Source: Chiloscyllium plagiosum
Lineage: Eukaryota
Length of the DNA: 64,000 nucleotides
Reading direction: 5' to 3'
NCBI RefSeq assembly: GCF_004010195.1
Contig: NC_057719.1
Span: 38,620,401 to 38,684,400, forward strand
The position numbers were made by a program, and so were the translations under genes. Below, one piece after another: positions 26,996 to 38,439 of this stretch; the stretch's first letter is position 1, and every line of letters starts with the position of its first letter. Under the pieces are notes generated by a model. It was given only the letters and a program-made list of their open reading frames with translations. It did not search any database and had not been told where the DNA came from.

Positions 26996-29900
26996 GTAAG
27001 CAAAAACTGAACTGCTAGAGCAAAAATCATACAAGTACTCATAGCCTATGCCATAGTGATGAAATCCAAAGAATGTGTTTACACTCTTAACATTAATCTA
27101 GAAAGTAACAATTTGATGCAATTTAGTGGCCTTTGATCTTTAGGTGTATTGTGTCCTCTTGCTTTTTCAATGGTATGAAATAAATGCTAGTGGCTGTATA
27201 TGCTAAACAAACTATCATGCTGGATTGTCTACATACTTCCTACTTTGAGAAGACAACAGAGTGCAAATTTTAAACTGGCAGTTCAGTAGTTTTATAGAAA
27301 AATGTCCACCATAAACAAAAGAATGCTTTCTGAAAATTATTATTATAAAATACAATTAAATTACTTTTGAAGTATTTGAAGGCACAGCAGCTTTTGAACA
27401 AATACTTATTGCATCAATCTCTTGCAGAAAAGCAGGCCAAAGTTAAAACTGAACACCCAACCCACCACAATTATCTTTCACTAACAGCCAATCAGTTCCT
27501 AGTTTCACACAAATCTTACAAAGTAAACAACAGTTATAAACAATATGTAGTTCTTACTTTCTGCAGCTTATTTCTTCAAAAATTGAACCACTGCACATTG
27601 CAAAACAAAATATAATTTAGTCATTGGCTCAATTACAAACATGACCATTAGACTTGGTATAATTTGACAGTTCAGTGGAATCGAACCATTTCATATCAAA
27701 TTTTGTTATAAAAATTGCATATTGTAATAATAAATTTCAGTTACATTTGAAAAAAAAAACCAACTGGTTACAATCAAGGTAGTCAATGACCCAATTGTCA
27801 CAACTCATTAAAAAAGTACATTAAGCAATGTGTGGAGCGACTACAGAAAGGCAAATGCACTTTGAGTTTCTTCATTGAGACTATGGAATATAAAAACTAC
27901 GTAAGCATAATATTTTTCACATCTCACTTTGAAATATTGTGTCTACCTCTATTCCTTACAGATTGATAATAATTGTCAACATGCTGGAAAAACACCCAAA
28001 ATTATGTTGGACCTCAAACCTTGGTTCAGCAGAAAGTAAAATATAGATGATGAAAATCTAAAACAAAAGCAGAAACTTCTGATACAAGCTCATCAACCAG
28101 AAATGTTAAAAGCTTGGTCCTTCTCTATAGGTACAATAGCTAGGGTTATTTAATTTTCAAAATGCAGGATTAGAGGGGACATGATTGATTCTTTTAAAAA
28201 TAAATCATTTACAGTTAGTTTGAATAGGTTATTTGATTATGAATAGCAACAAAGGATCCACCAACTATGCATAAAAACACTTACTATACATAAGTCAGCA
28301 TTTATTTTTGCATGGAAAGTATTGCCCTCGACAACTGCCAAAACATGCAATGGTTTTGGATTCTTCCCTGTCTTAAAATAAGAAATGACAAATCCCTGAG
28401 CAAACACAGCATTCTAGTTACAGCATGTAGGTTGCTAGTTAGCTGGGATTAATTGGAGTTACAGATTGACACTGTCTCCAGGAGCCTTGCTTGATTACCT
28501 TAGGGAATCACAAAAGGAGTTTTTTTCTGAATTGGCCGCAGGTTTTTCTGCTTTATTTGCTTCTCCCAGGCTTTTGCATGGTTGGGGTGGGTCAAAAATG
28601 TACGTGATTGCACCATGTCTGGATGGGTGGCTTCATGATCTTTTCCCATCTTTTTTGTATGTTGCTGATTGGCTGCTGCAAATGGAAAACTTAGGTTAAA
28701 GAGAACCATTTATCTGTAATTAAAAGATAAGGAGAAGATTTTCAAATCATAAAGGTTGTTCATAACTTCCAAATGTAAATAAATTTCTGGCCTTGTTAAT
28801 GTGTTCAGGCCAAAGAACAAAGCAGCACATTTAAAGTAAGATTAACAACTGTTTTTTGTTAGTCATCATCTCTTCAAGTCCCAATCATGCTGTGATGTAA
28901 TTTCTTAGATATTCCTTGAGAGATAAAGAGACCAAACATGAACGCAACTACATTTATGGTTAAGGAACCTCATTGTGGTCATTTTTTGAGCTGGAAACTA
29001 ATTGTAAAGGGAGCTACTGCAGTATTTAGGACAGAAGTCCCACTCAATAAGTACACATTCAGGAACATACTTACCAACTTAGGTGATCTGAATTACAAAC
29101 AATTTCAAATCTGAAAATTGAGATAGCAAACGCACTGCAGGCATGCATGCGCATATAATGGTGCTCAAAGGAAATCAAAAGGTAAACAAGTCTCAATATC
29201 AGATCCTATTTCAAATACTCTTAAAAATACAAATTTGCATTAAACATGGCACTTTGTCTTTCCAATACCCAATTCCAAGGCTATTTACATAAATTTTATA
29301 TATACACACACATTTCACAATGTTTGCAGTTTTGATGTTACTTGATTAAAAAAATGAGACTTTCAAAACAAGAGCAGCTGCATTTTTTCACTACCTTGTA
29401 ATAATGGTGAATAAATAATCTAACCAAATCCAAAAACCATCTTTTCAACCACCACTAATAGATCGCACACACACTCCTCTAATATTTCAAAACTATGCTG
29501 GGTGTTACATTAAGGATCAATTTGAAATTATGCTTGTTAGGAGTTTTGCTTAACTCAAGTATTGCTGTGACTTTGTAAAAAAAGTTAGATTTTGTTTTTT
29601 GGTGGAACAATTACAATGCAGAATTGAGAACAATGGAACAGATGCGAGCCAGACAAAACCCCATTAATGTCACAAAAATATTTTAACTATAAACAACTCC
29701 AGATTACTGTGATTAAAATTTCATTTCATTACTTAATTTTGGAATTTGATGAGTTGGTATTCTATTAAAAAATCCAAATAGACAACTGACGAATAACTAT
29801 TTCACTCCAACTAAGATCAAGATCACTAGCAATGTACAATATTGTAACTTTAGTGATCTACAATGTAAATAGTACTGATGTTGTTAAATAGTAACCACTG

Positions 29901-30458
29901 GCAATAGAAAACTTTCATTCATCCATTATTCAAACCAGACTTTTTGTCAAAAAAGAAATTCAGTAAACTTCTATCTTTGATTGTGACTAATTTACATAAA
30001 ACTACAGAAACTAACAGCATAGAAGAACATTCAGTTCATTATGTTTGTGCTGTCTCTTTATTAGATTTATCCAAAGCTACTCCCATTGACTTGCCCTCAA
30101 TCTTCCACTACTACAAATATGCAGCCAGTTTTACCTTGATGGAAGATTTGATACAGAAAATTTCTTTATAAAGAAATTGGTCCTAAACACTATCATCATT
30201 CTAAGTGATAATTGTAAATTATTTACAACAGATTGCTAAATCCCCATCCAAGGAAATAATTTGCTATTCATACGAGCATAAGAAATAGGTGGAGCACATC
30301 ATATGCTCCCTTGAGCCTGCTCCATCAGTCAATACAAACATGGTGGATCATCAGCCTTTAGGTTTAGAAAATGTTAATGATAGTACAAAGCTTCTACAAA
30401 ACCTCCCAGTGATATTAAAATAATATCACAAAATTTCATATGATCTGCTTCAGTGAAG

Positions 30459-30653
30459 TTCAAAATAAAATCACAACACCAGGTTATAGTCCAACAGGTT
30501 TATTTGGACATACTAGTTTTCAGAGTGCTGCTCCTTCACTGGGAGCAGCACTCTGAAAGCTAGGACTTCCAAATAAACCTGTTGGACTATAACCTAGTGT
30601 TTGTGATTTTTAACTTTGTCCACCCCAATCCAACACCAGCACCTCCACATCAG
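30459..30653. mobile_element. Self-inverted Penelope-like insertion, second family
   Basis: 30467-30535 is inverted to 30542-30610; GGAGCAGCACTCT-GAAAGCTA core remnant; TSD TGCT(T/A)CAGTGAAG at 30446-30458 and 30654-30666. Confidence 0.8.
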
Positions 30654-31508
30654 TGCTACAGTGAAGATAGTTCCAGTATCTCGCTTCTTCATTGTTTACA
30701 AAACTTCCGGATTTTGTTTTCATCAGTAAACTCTGGTGTCACAAGTTCAAACCATGTATGTGTATCAAAAAGAAAAATGGGGACTCAGCATTGATCCATT
30801 CAGGTACACCACTTCCAAACCTTGTCAAGTCAAGCAATGCCTAGTAACCAACTCTTCAAATGGTAAACCTCTTTGTGGCCTCCCCATTCACAAAATCAAG
30901 TTAGAAATCCAAACACATATATAATACTTCTGTTGAAGTTACATTAGTGCTCCAGCACAGCCCCTCGGGGGATTCCATTACTATACTTTTTGTCCAAACG
31001 ACTTGTACAAAGATTGTCAAGAAGCAAGTTTCTGAATGCATTCTGAAAATACAAATACAGTTTATCCACTGCATTCTCTTTATTGAATCAGTGACTTACT
31101 CAAAAACATTTAAGTAAATATTAAGAATTTCTCAATTGAATTGTAAGAGTAATGGATAAATGAATCGTGGTATATTTAGGGATAATGTACTACTTTTTAA
31201 AATTCACTTATGGGACAATTTGTTGTCCCGTGAATCACCGATTCTACATGCCATTAGGAAGGGAAATTTTAGGAATTTGACCCAGTGACATTGAAGGAAC
31301 GGTAATACATTTCCAAGTCAGCACAGTGAGTGACTTGGAGAAGAGCTTGCAGGTGCTAGTATTCCCAGGTACAGTACATGTTGTCTTTATCCTTTAAGAC
31401 GAAAGTGGTCATGGATTTGGAAGGTGCTTTCTAAAGATGTCTGGTGAACCTCTGCAGCAGATCTTGCAGATAATACACAACGTTGTTACTGAATGTCAAC
31501 AGTGGCTA

Positions 31509-31830
31509 GGGGAGGCTTTAGCCTAGCGATAATTCCACTAGGCTATTATACCAGAAACTCAGCTAATATCCAGGGGACCTGGGTTCAAGCTCCACTAGAG
31601 CAAATAGTGGAATTTGAATTCAATTAAAAATAAAATCTGGATTTAGAATCTACAGATGACTAGGATTGTCAGAAAGATGCATCTGGCTCACTAATGTCCT
31701 TCTGGGAAGTAAAACTGCCATCCTCACCTGGTCTGGCCTACATACGATTCTAGACCCACAGCCATGTGGTTGATTCTCAACTGCCCTCTGAAATTACTTA
31801 GCAAGCCATTCAGTTTTATCAATCACAACA
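31509..31830 (+). mobile_element. tRNA-derived Deu-domain SINE (SacSINE1/AmnSINE-related)
   Basis: B-box-like GGTTCAAGCTCC; Deu-like core CTGGCTCACTAATGTCCTTCTGGGAAG...CTGGTCTGGCCTACAT...GTGGTTGATTCTCAACTGCCCTCTGAAAT. Confidence 0.75.
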
Positions 31831-31935
31831 AAACTGCTCATGGTCCATATTATAACATTTCATACTATATGAAATTTTAAAATATTCAAAAGTCACATTC
31901 ATGCAGTATAAATCAGTGTATACCAGTTACATAAT

Positions 31936-32081
31936 ATAAAACAAAGAACTGCAAATGCTGGAGATCTGAAATTGCTGGTGAACTCAGGACTGCCAGAGTC
32001 ACTGAACTCAAAATGTTAACTCTGCTTTCTTCTAGATGCTGCCAGACCTGCTGAGTCTGCCAGAAATTTAAGTTTTTGTCA
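31936..32081. mobile_element. Partly inverted Penelope-like terminal repeat
   Basis: AAAGAACTGCAAATGCTGGAGATCTGAAA start; GAGTC-ACTG-AACTC-AAAATGTT core remnant; GATGCTGCCAGACCTGCTGAG. Confidence 0.6.
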
Positions 32082-32590
32082 TACACAATCACATCTTTAC
32101 AAATTCTCATCCCTATCAATGATGTACTTCATGTACTGCAATCAAGTAGGAGCCCCTAGAGAGACGGAGAGGTCCACAAAGATTAGGTTGGGATATCTGG
32201 ACAACATGGACAAGTTGGACCGAAGGGTCTGTTTCCGTACTGTACATCATGACTATGTACTTGCATACAAGTTTTGCCCCAACATTGTTTTGAACCTTCT
32301 GAAAGCAAAAGGAGTCGTCCCTTCCTCGGATCTCTGCAAGATTTTGTACAAGTACATGTAAAGGTGTTCAGATAGGTTTGCTGAGATGATTCCAGCTGGG
32401 AGTTTTTTTGACTAAATTCTTCCTATCAAGTAGAAGTGTTTCACTATCAAGTTATATGTTCAATTTAAAATGGTTCATATGCTTGAATATTTATATTTGG
32501 AGTTTGGTAGATTATTCAGTTGTAAACAGTACAAACAAGTATTGTAATGTTTAACATTAATATCTTAAGTAATTAAGACATGGTGAAAAA

Positions 32591-32695
32591 GGGCTCTTTT
32601 GGCACAGTAGTAGTGCCCCTACCTCTGGGGCAGAAGGCCTGGGTTACCACCTGCTCCAGAATGTGTCATAATCTGACTAAATGGGTGGATTAAGA
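32591..32695 (+). mobile_element. Short tRNA-like SINE head
   Basis: TGGCACAGTAGTAG A-box-like sequence and GGCCTGGGTT B-box remnant. Confidence 0.4.
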
Positions 32696-33867
32696 AGAGA
32701 CTAGTGAAGGTTCCTTAGAAATTAAATAATCTGCATGATTGATTAATACAATAGGAAAAAAATCTATGGAGTACAAAAAAGGTCCAGAAGTTAACTATAG
32801 TAAGTATCAAAATTGTTGTTACTTTCAAAATCTTGATCATCTTTAAATTGAATTAATCTCGTGTGGCACATGCAAATACGTTGGAAAATTTGAAGACTTC
32901 TCATTTAGAGATCACATTCATTCCACAATAAAAATTTTCATTCATAATTAAAAACATATTTACAGATGCATGTACACTATTTTGAATTTCTGATTATTGC
33001 AGTTTAAAACGGTTTAGAAATTCACGACTGAAAATGGTCCAATTAAATGTTGAAATAGTACACATGAAATTTGCAGCAATGATCATATTAAACCTCCAAT
33101 CATACTTATTACTAGCACCACCCAATGATGTCAGACCTCAAATCATACTGTAGATACCTTCCTAGAAAAGGAACTGTGCAAGCTGCCGAACTGTTACCAT
33201 TTAATACATGCCTCCTTTTTAAGCTGAGTTAAAAATCAATTTCAACAGATACAATAGCTCACCATTCAGTTGTGATTCTTACTATGTCAACAGAATAGGC
33301 TGGGAACTGAATCCTCGTAGCTTGTGAACATACAAGAGAGTGGTCATTTAATTATAATGAAACTATTACCACTTCCCTGTTAACATCTTATGATTGCTCT
33401 CAGCAATATCTATAAAGTTACATAATAAAATTTATAAGCTAAATAAATGCACATCATTTATTCCTATCACATGCTCACCTACTGACTTAGAATTGTGAAA
33501 CGTACATACAATCAAGTACTCATAAATAAAAGGTCAGCAAACAGACTGCAACAGCAGCAGTGGATGAAACTGATGCTAACCATTTTCAGAAAGGAGTGCA
33601 GGAGATGCGTGCCCCTTTTATAAAAGCAGCAGCATTTTTGGAAACGTTCTATCATTACAAAACATTAAAATCTGAGTTATTCATTTAGAATTTTGATTAG
33701 CCCTACACATGTATAGGAACGGCTCATCTTTTGATTTTTAAGCAGGAAAATCAGCGAAATTCCGCTCAGCCTGCTCCACAAAAGTAAACAAACAGCTGTT
33801 TCTTGAATCTGGACGCAGCTGAAAGCACGATACCATTAGAGACAAGATCATTTAAGGATATGCTTAC

Positions 33868-34042
33868 CCCATTCCAAGAATTCTGCAATGTATTTTTCCC
33901 GTCGTATAGGCGAGCTGCTACATTCGTTGTAAAGGCATATTAAAATATCCAACAAAGTCTCCACACTCATTGAACTTGCATTCATCTGAGGTCCGTTCAG
34001 GAGCAACTGCTCCAACTTCTTCAGGCGAACCTTCGCTGACAT
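33868..34042 (-). CDS. CDC42BPB: First coding exon of serine/threonine-protein kinase MRCK beta (CDC42-binding protein kinase beta)
   Basis: Translates [58 protein letters not shown], matching the MRCK-beta N-terminus ([15 protein letters not shown]...SVETLLD.L.CLY.EC...RR.KY.AEFLEW). ATG at 34042-34040 with A at -3. Ends TGG G|GTAAGC (phase-1 donor at 33867), giving 175 coding nt. Adjacent CpG island. Confidence 0.95.
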
Positions 34043-34650
34043 TTTAATCTCTCAAGTTTTAACTCTCAAAATGATCCTCCTCAAAAGGCGACTGGTGAGC
34101 AGCGTCCAGTTACCCGAAAGAGATCAAAGCAGTGATTTATTTCACATTTAAAAAGGCAGGAACTGGCATTTTCACGGTTGAAGTTAAAAGGTAAAGGAAA
34201 AAAAAAACGAATGCAGCGCTCAGGCCCAGCTGGTCATAATAACTTCTCCTCTATCGGGCGACCACCTCCCACCGCCAACCCCAACAGAGAAAAAAAAATC
34301 TCCTTCCCTCTGCAAAAAGAAAAGCCCCAAGTTGAGCCTTTAGTTGAGCTGAAGCCCAGCCCCAGAGAGAGGGCTCGTCTGCTCAAGTGCGTTGTTCATC
34401 TCCCGTTTTCCTGGCTCCGCCGAAGCTGCTGGGCGTCTTGTCGTCAGTGCGGAGCCGGCGGCGCTCATCCCGGGCTGCTGCCTGGCTACTGACCTCGCTC
34501 TCCGGCTCGCCACCGCTAACCCGCTCGTGTAGCCGAGCTGCAGGAATACCGCCCGAGGAGCGGTCCCTCTCCTCCCTACTCGGCCCGGCCCACCCCGCTC
34601 CGGTCCAGCACAACCGTAGCCAGCCCGGCCTGGCCCGAGCACACTGACTG
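34043..34650 (-). other. CDC42BPB: Putative 5' UTR of CDC42BPB containing several upstream ATGs
   Basis: Unique sequence between the ATG and the CpG-island core; tandem Inr-like TCAGTCAGT on the minus strand at ~34643-34651. The TSS is inferred, not observed. Confidence 0.5.
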
Positions 34651-34760
34651 AAACGACACCACAAAGCCACCCACCGGAAACACCGCGACGTCACCTGATT
34701 GACTGCCCCTCCCCATGGCAACCGGGTGGAACCCAGAGCGCGAGCGCCAGGGCCAGCAAT
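34380..34760 (-). promoter_or_regulatory. CpG-island promoter of CDC42BPB
   Basis: Only strongly GC/CpG-rich stretch in an otherwise CpG-depleted window. Contains ETS-like CCGGAA (34674-34679), CRE-like TGACGTCG (minus, 34686-34693) and RFX X-box half GTTGCCATGG (minus, 34713-34722). Confidence 0.85.
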
Positions 34761-35960
34761 GGGAACGTGCCTTTGCAGATCCGGAGCTGGGAATGGGAAT
34801 AAATTCCTGGCTCTATCTGGGAATGGCAATGTATCCTTGGGGATCATGAGCTGGAAATGAAATAAACATTTGGGATGTCTTCGGAATAGGAATGTACCCT
34901 TGCAGATCCGGAACCGGGAATGAGAATAAACTAATGGATTTCCGGGAACGGGAATGTTTCTCTGGAAATCCGAGCTGGAAATCAGAGTAAACTCTTGGAT
35001 ATCTGAGAATAGGAATGTATTCTTGGAGATCATGAGCTGGCAATGAGAATAAACTCCTGGATATTTGGGAATAGGAATGTATCCTTGGAGATCCACAACA
35101 GGGAATGAAAATAAATTAATGGATTTCCAGGAATAGGACTGTTTCTCTGGAAATCAGAATAAACTCTTGGATATCTGGAAATAGGAATGCATCCTTGGAG
35201 ATCCGGAGCTGGAAATTAAAACAAACTCCTCAATATTCGGGAATAGGAATCTTTTTCTGGAGATCCAGAGCTGGATCCAGAATAAACCCTTGGTTATCTG
35301 GGAATAATAATGTATCTTTTGAGATCCAGAACTGGAAATAAAAGTAAACTGAATATCTGGGAAAGGAATGTTTCACTGAAGATCCGAAGCTGGGAATGAA
35401 AATATGTCCCTGGAGATATGGGGGCATGTCATTGCAGATCTGGAAATGTGATTCCGAGATCCGGGGCTGAGAATTGTCTTGGAAGATCTGGGACCTGGAA
35501 TGTGTCCCTGGAAATCTAAGAATAGGAATCACGAGTAGAAATTGCTTGAAAAGCTCAAGCAGGTCTGGCAGTATCTGTGGAGAGAAATCAGAATATGGGA
35601 ATATTTCAAGGATGATCTGGGGCCGTGAATGGGAAACTGTCCCTGGAGATCTGGGGATGGGTGTGTGCTGGGAGATCCTGAAACAGGAATGTGCCCTACG
35701 AGATCTGGAAACAAGAATGAAAATGTGCACCGGGAGATCTGTGATTGCTGCTTGGAAGTGTCCCAGGTGATCTGGAGCCAGGAATAGGAATATTGCACAG
35801 AGTTTTGGGGCCGTGAACGGGAATATGTCCCTGGATATTCAGGAATGGGAGTGCACCTGGAGATCCAGGGCCGAGGATGAGAACGTGCTGTGGGATATCT
35901 GGGAATAGGAATGAGGATGTGTCCTGGAAGATCCGGGGCATGGAATGTTTCCCGTAAGAT
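34757..35960. repeat. Tandem minisatellite, ~62 bp unit made of two related ~31 bp halves, degenerating distally
   Basis: ATAGGA(A/C)TGT recurs at 35009, 35071 and 35133 (62 bp period). Consensus approx. GGGAATAGGAATGTATCCTTGGAGATCCGGAGCTGGAAATGAGAATAAACTCCTGGATATCT. Confidence 0.9.
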
Positions 35961-37339
35961 GGAGCACCTCATCCTTAGGAGTGAATAGTACACGTTGAGG
36001 ACAGAGGAAAACACTTGAAAAATGCCAACTTGCCTCTTCCGAAAACAGCGTACTTTGTTTTTCTGCCCCGCCCTCAGTATCTGCGCGGATTTCTCCAAAT
36101 ACCTGTAATTTAGGAAAGTCACTTCCTTCTCGAAATGTTTATGCCATCTAAAGTCATCAACATGAAAAGTTAACTGTTTCTTTATCGATACTCCCTAATG
36201 TGTATTTCCAGCATTATGTTTCTAAATTGTAAACACGATTCATCCCAATAAATATATATTATTTATAGCTAATACCTAGTGCTTACCGTACTTGCAACAG
36301 CATTTACATTGCTCATTGAAATACATTTTCTTCTAGTGTGATTTGAGAGTCCTAATCCAGTCCCCTCCCTTGGAAACATGCATCTGTGAACCTCCTGAGA
36401 TTCTGTGCTAAATTTCTTTCTCCGAAATGATAAGCAATTTGCTCCAAATCTACTCCTTATCTAAGCTCTAGGAATACTGGCAAAGTGGATCCAACGTTGG
36501 ATCAGTGGCATGAAGTGAAGGGTCAGTGTGTGTGTTTTGATTGGAAAGTTAATTCCAGTGGAGTTCCACTAGCACTAGGTCTTTGGTTTTTTCTGGTGAT
36601 AGTGATCAGGAAAGCTATGACAAGGGAGATACCAATGGACTGTTCAGGTAAATGGAAACTGGCAAATGAAACAAATCTAAAGTGTGAGGTGTTGCATTTG
36701 TAAAAAGGAAACTGGGGATTACCTTCCAATCACAGACTACTATCCAAATTTCTGACAGTAGAACTCCTCCCTCCTAATTTCAGTCCTCACCAGATTGCCA
36801 AAGTCTGTTCCTAAAGATTCCGAGATATTTCTCCTGCCACTTCTAGCTCCTCCTCCTTACCAGTCCAACTATCCATTTAGCCAACTGCCAAACAGGGAAC
36901 AACAGAAAAATGTTAAAAAGGTAAGTAAAACTGTTCAACAGAAAAATGTTAACAAGCTAATTTCAACCAAATCTTCTCATTCCTGGGCTTTTCAACTTCA
37001 CCTGTCTACCCATACATATTTCCAGCACCTGTTAAACTGCTCCAGTTCATAACTTTGCTTACAGTATCAAACCATATTAACATTTAAGCCATTACTTACA
37101 AATCATTGTGCGTTGGGTCACGGGAAGACAGTGGAATTATTTACTAATCAAAATCAACCACAGAAACTCATTAATAACCATTAAGCATTCATAGCCTGTC
37201 CCCAGTTGATGACAACCGCAACACACGCCTACATCATATTATTTTATAACTTAATGAGATTTGGTCCAGAAGGAATTTGAGGAAGTAATGTAAGATATGG
37301 GTGCCAAATTTGCTGACTACATACAAGATAGGTCAGAAA

Positions 37340-38430
37340 GTAAGCTGTGCATAGGACACAAAAGGTTACAGAAAGGTAATTATAGGTTAAGTGAGTAGAC
37401 AAAGATGTGACAACTGAAACATAATGTGGGGAAATTTTATACTGTCCATTTTGGCAGAGAAAAAGGAAAAATTTTTTTTTATCTAAATAGAGAATGCAGA
37501 GCTCTGAAATATAGAGGAATCTGATTGATTTTGTGATGACCTGTAAAAGGTTAGCATGCAAGTACAGCAAGTAATTAGAAAAATGAATAGAATGTTATAA
37601 TTTATCCCTCGGGGAATTGACTATGAAGTAGGAAGACTATGCTTCAGTTATACAATACACTGGTGAGGCCACGTCTGGAGTGCAAAGTATTGGTCACCTT
37701 ACCAAAGAATAATGTAAGCACAATGGAGGCAGATTAGAGTGGTGCTGGAAAAGCACAGCAGGTCAGGCAGCATCTGAGGACCAAGAGGTACAATGGAGGC
37801 AGTTCTGTGAAGATTTATTAAACTAATTTATTAAACTAATTTATTAAACTTGTGTTATGAAGGAAAGGTTGGACAGGCTAAGTTTGAATCTGCTGGAGTT
37901 TAGAAGAGTAAGAGGCAATTAGGCTCAAACATAAAATACTGAGGGGTCTTGATAAGGTGGATGTAGAGAGGATATTTCCTCTTGTGGGTAAATTTAAAAC
38001 TAGGGGGTCACTGTTTAAAATGCACATTGTGGAGCACGTCTTATGAGGATAGGTTGCACCAGTTGGGCTAGTTTCCACTGGAGTTTAAATGCATGAGGAG
38101 TGATTTAATTGAAATGTATAAAATCCTGAATGGTCTTGACAACATGGGTGTGTAAAGGATGTTTCCTCTTGTGGATAAGTCTAGAAATAGAGGCACTACT
38201 TTAAAATTAGTTGTCATCCCTTTAGGAGAGGGATATAGAGAATGTTTTTACACTCAGAGGGTTGTGTGGCTCTGGGATTTCCTGCCTCAGAAGGCAGGGT
38301 TATTGAATACTGTTAAGCTAAAGGTAGGTAGATTCTTGTTAGGGGAATGAAGGGTAATTGAAGGTAGGTGGGAATATGGAGTTCAAACACACAGATCAGA
38401 CATGATCTTATTGAATGTGGAGCAGTCTTG
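37340..38430 (+). mobile_element. Old CR1 3' region with a repeated 3' segment
   Basis: RT-end similarity; block GGGTCTTGA..AAGGTGGATGT..AGGAT.TTTCCTCTTGTGG occurs twice (~37945 and ~38130). Confidence 0.7.
37733..37789. mobile_element. 57 bp Penelope-like terminal fragment with perfect 13 bp TSD
   Basis: GTGGTGCTGGAAAAGCACAGCAGGTCAGGCAGCATC matches the 1858 arm; ACAATGGAGGCAG at 37720-37732 and 37790-37802. Confidence 0.85.
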
Positions 38431-38439
38431 AAAGGTCAG

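Larger units (their letters stand above)
1..33867 (-). other. CDC42BPB: Intron 1 of CDC42BPB (continues beyond the window start)
   Basis: Begins GTAAGC on the minus strand at 33867. No exon encoding the expected next residues (KPFT..VK.MQL..EDFEI.KVIGRGAFGE) was seen in 1-33867. Confidence 0.7.

Noticed and set aside
33848..33867. ORF-track extension GKHILK* making a 64-aa protein
   Set aside because: Read-through past the GTAAGC splice donor; homology to MRCK-beta stops at W58.
1..33867. Exon 2 of CDC42BPB
   Set aside because: No segment encoding the KVIGRGAFGE region was found by eye or in the ORF track; it is probably outside the window, though a short exon could be missed.
33868..34042. 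CDC42BPA or DMPK as alternative identity
   Set aside because: The [15 protein letters not shown] start and SVETLLD are beta-type; the alpha paralogue begins MSGEVRL.
34757..35960. CRISPR-like array, or protein-coding ORFs (34383-35096, 35230-35730, 35529-36122)
   Set aside because: Units are contiguous degenerate tandem repeats with no unique spacers and no cas genes, in a vertebrate context. The long ORFs are by-products of a stop-poor repeat and resemble no protein I recognise.
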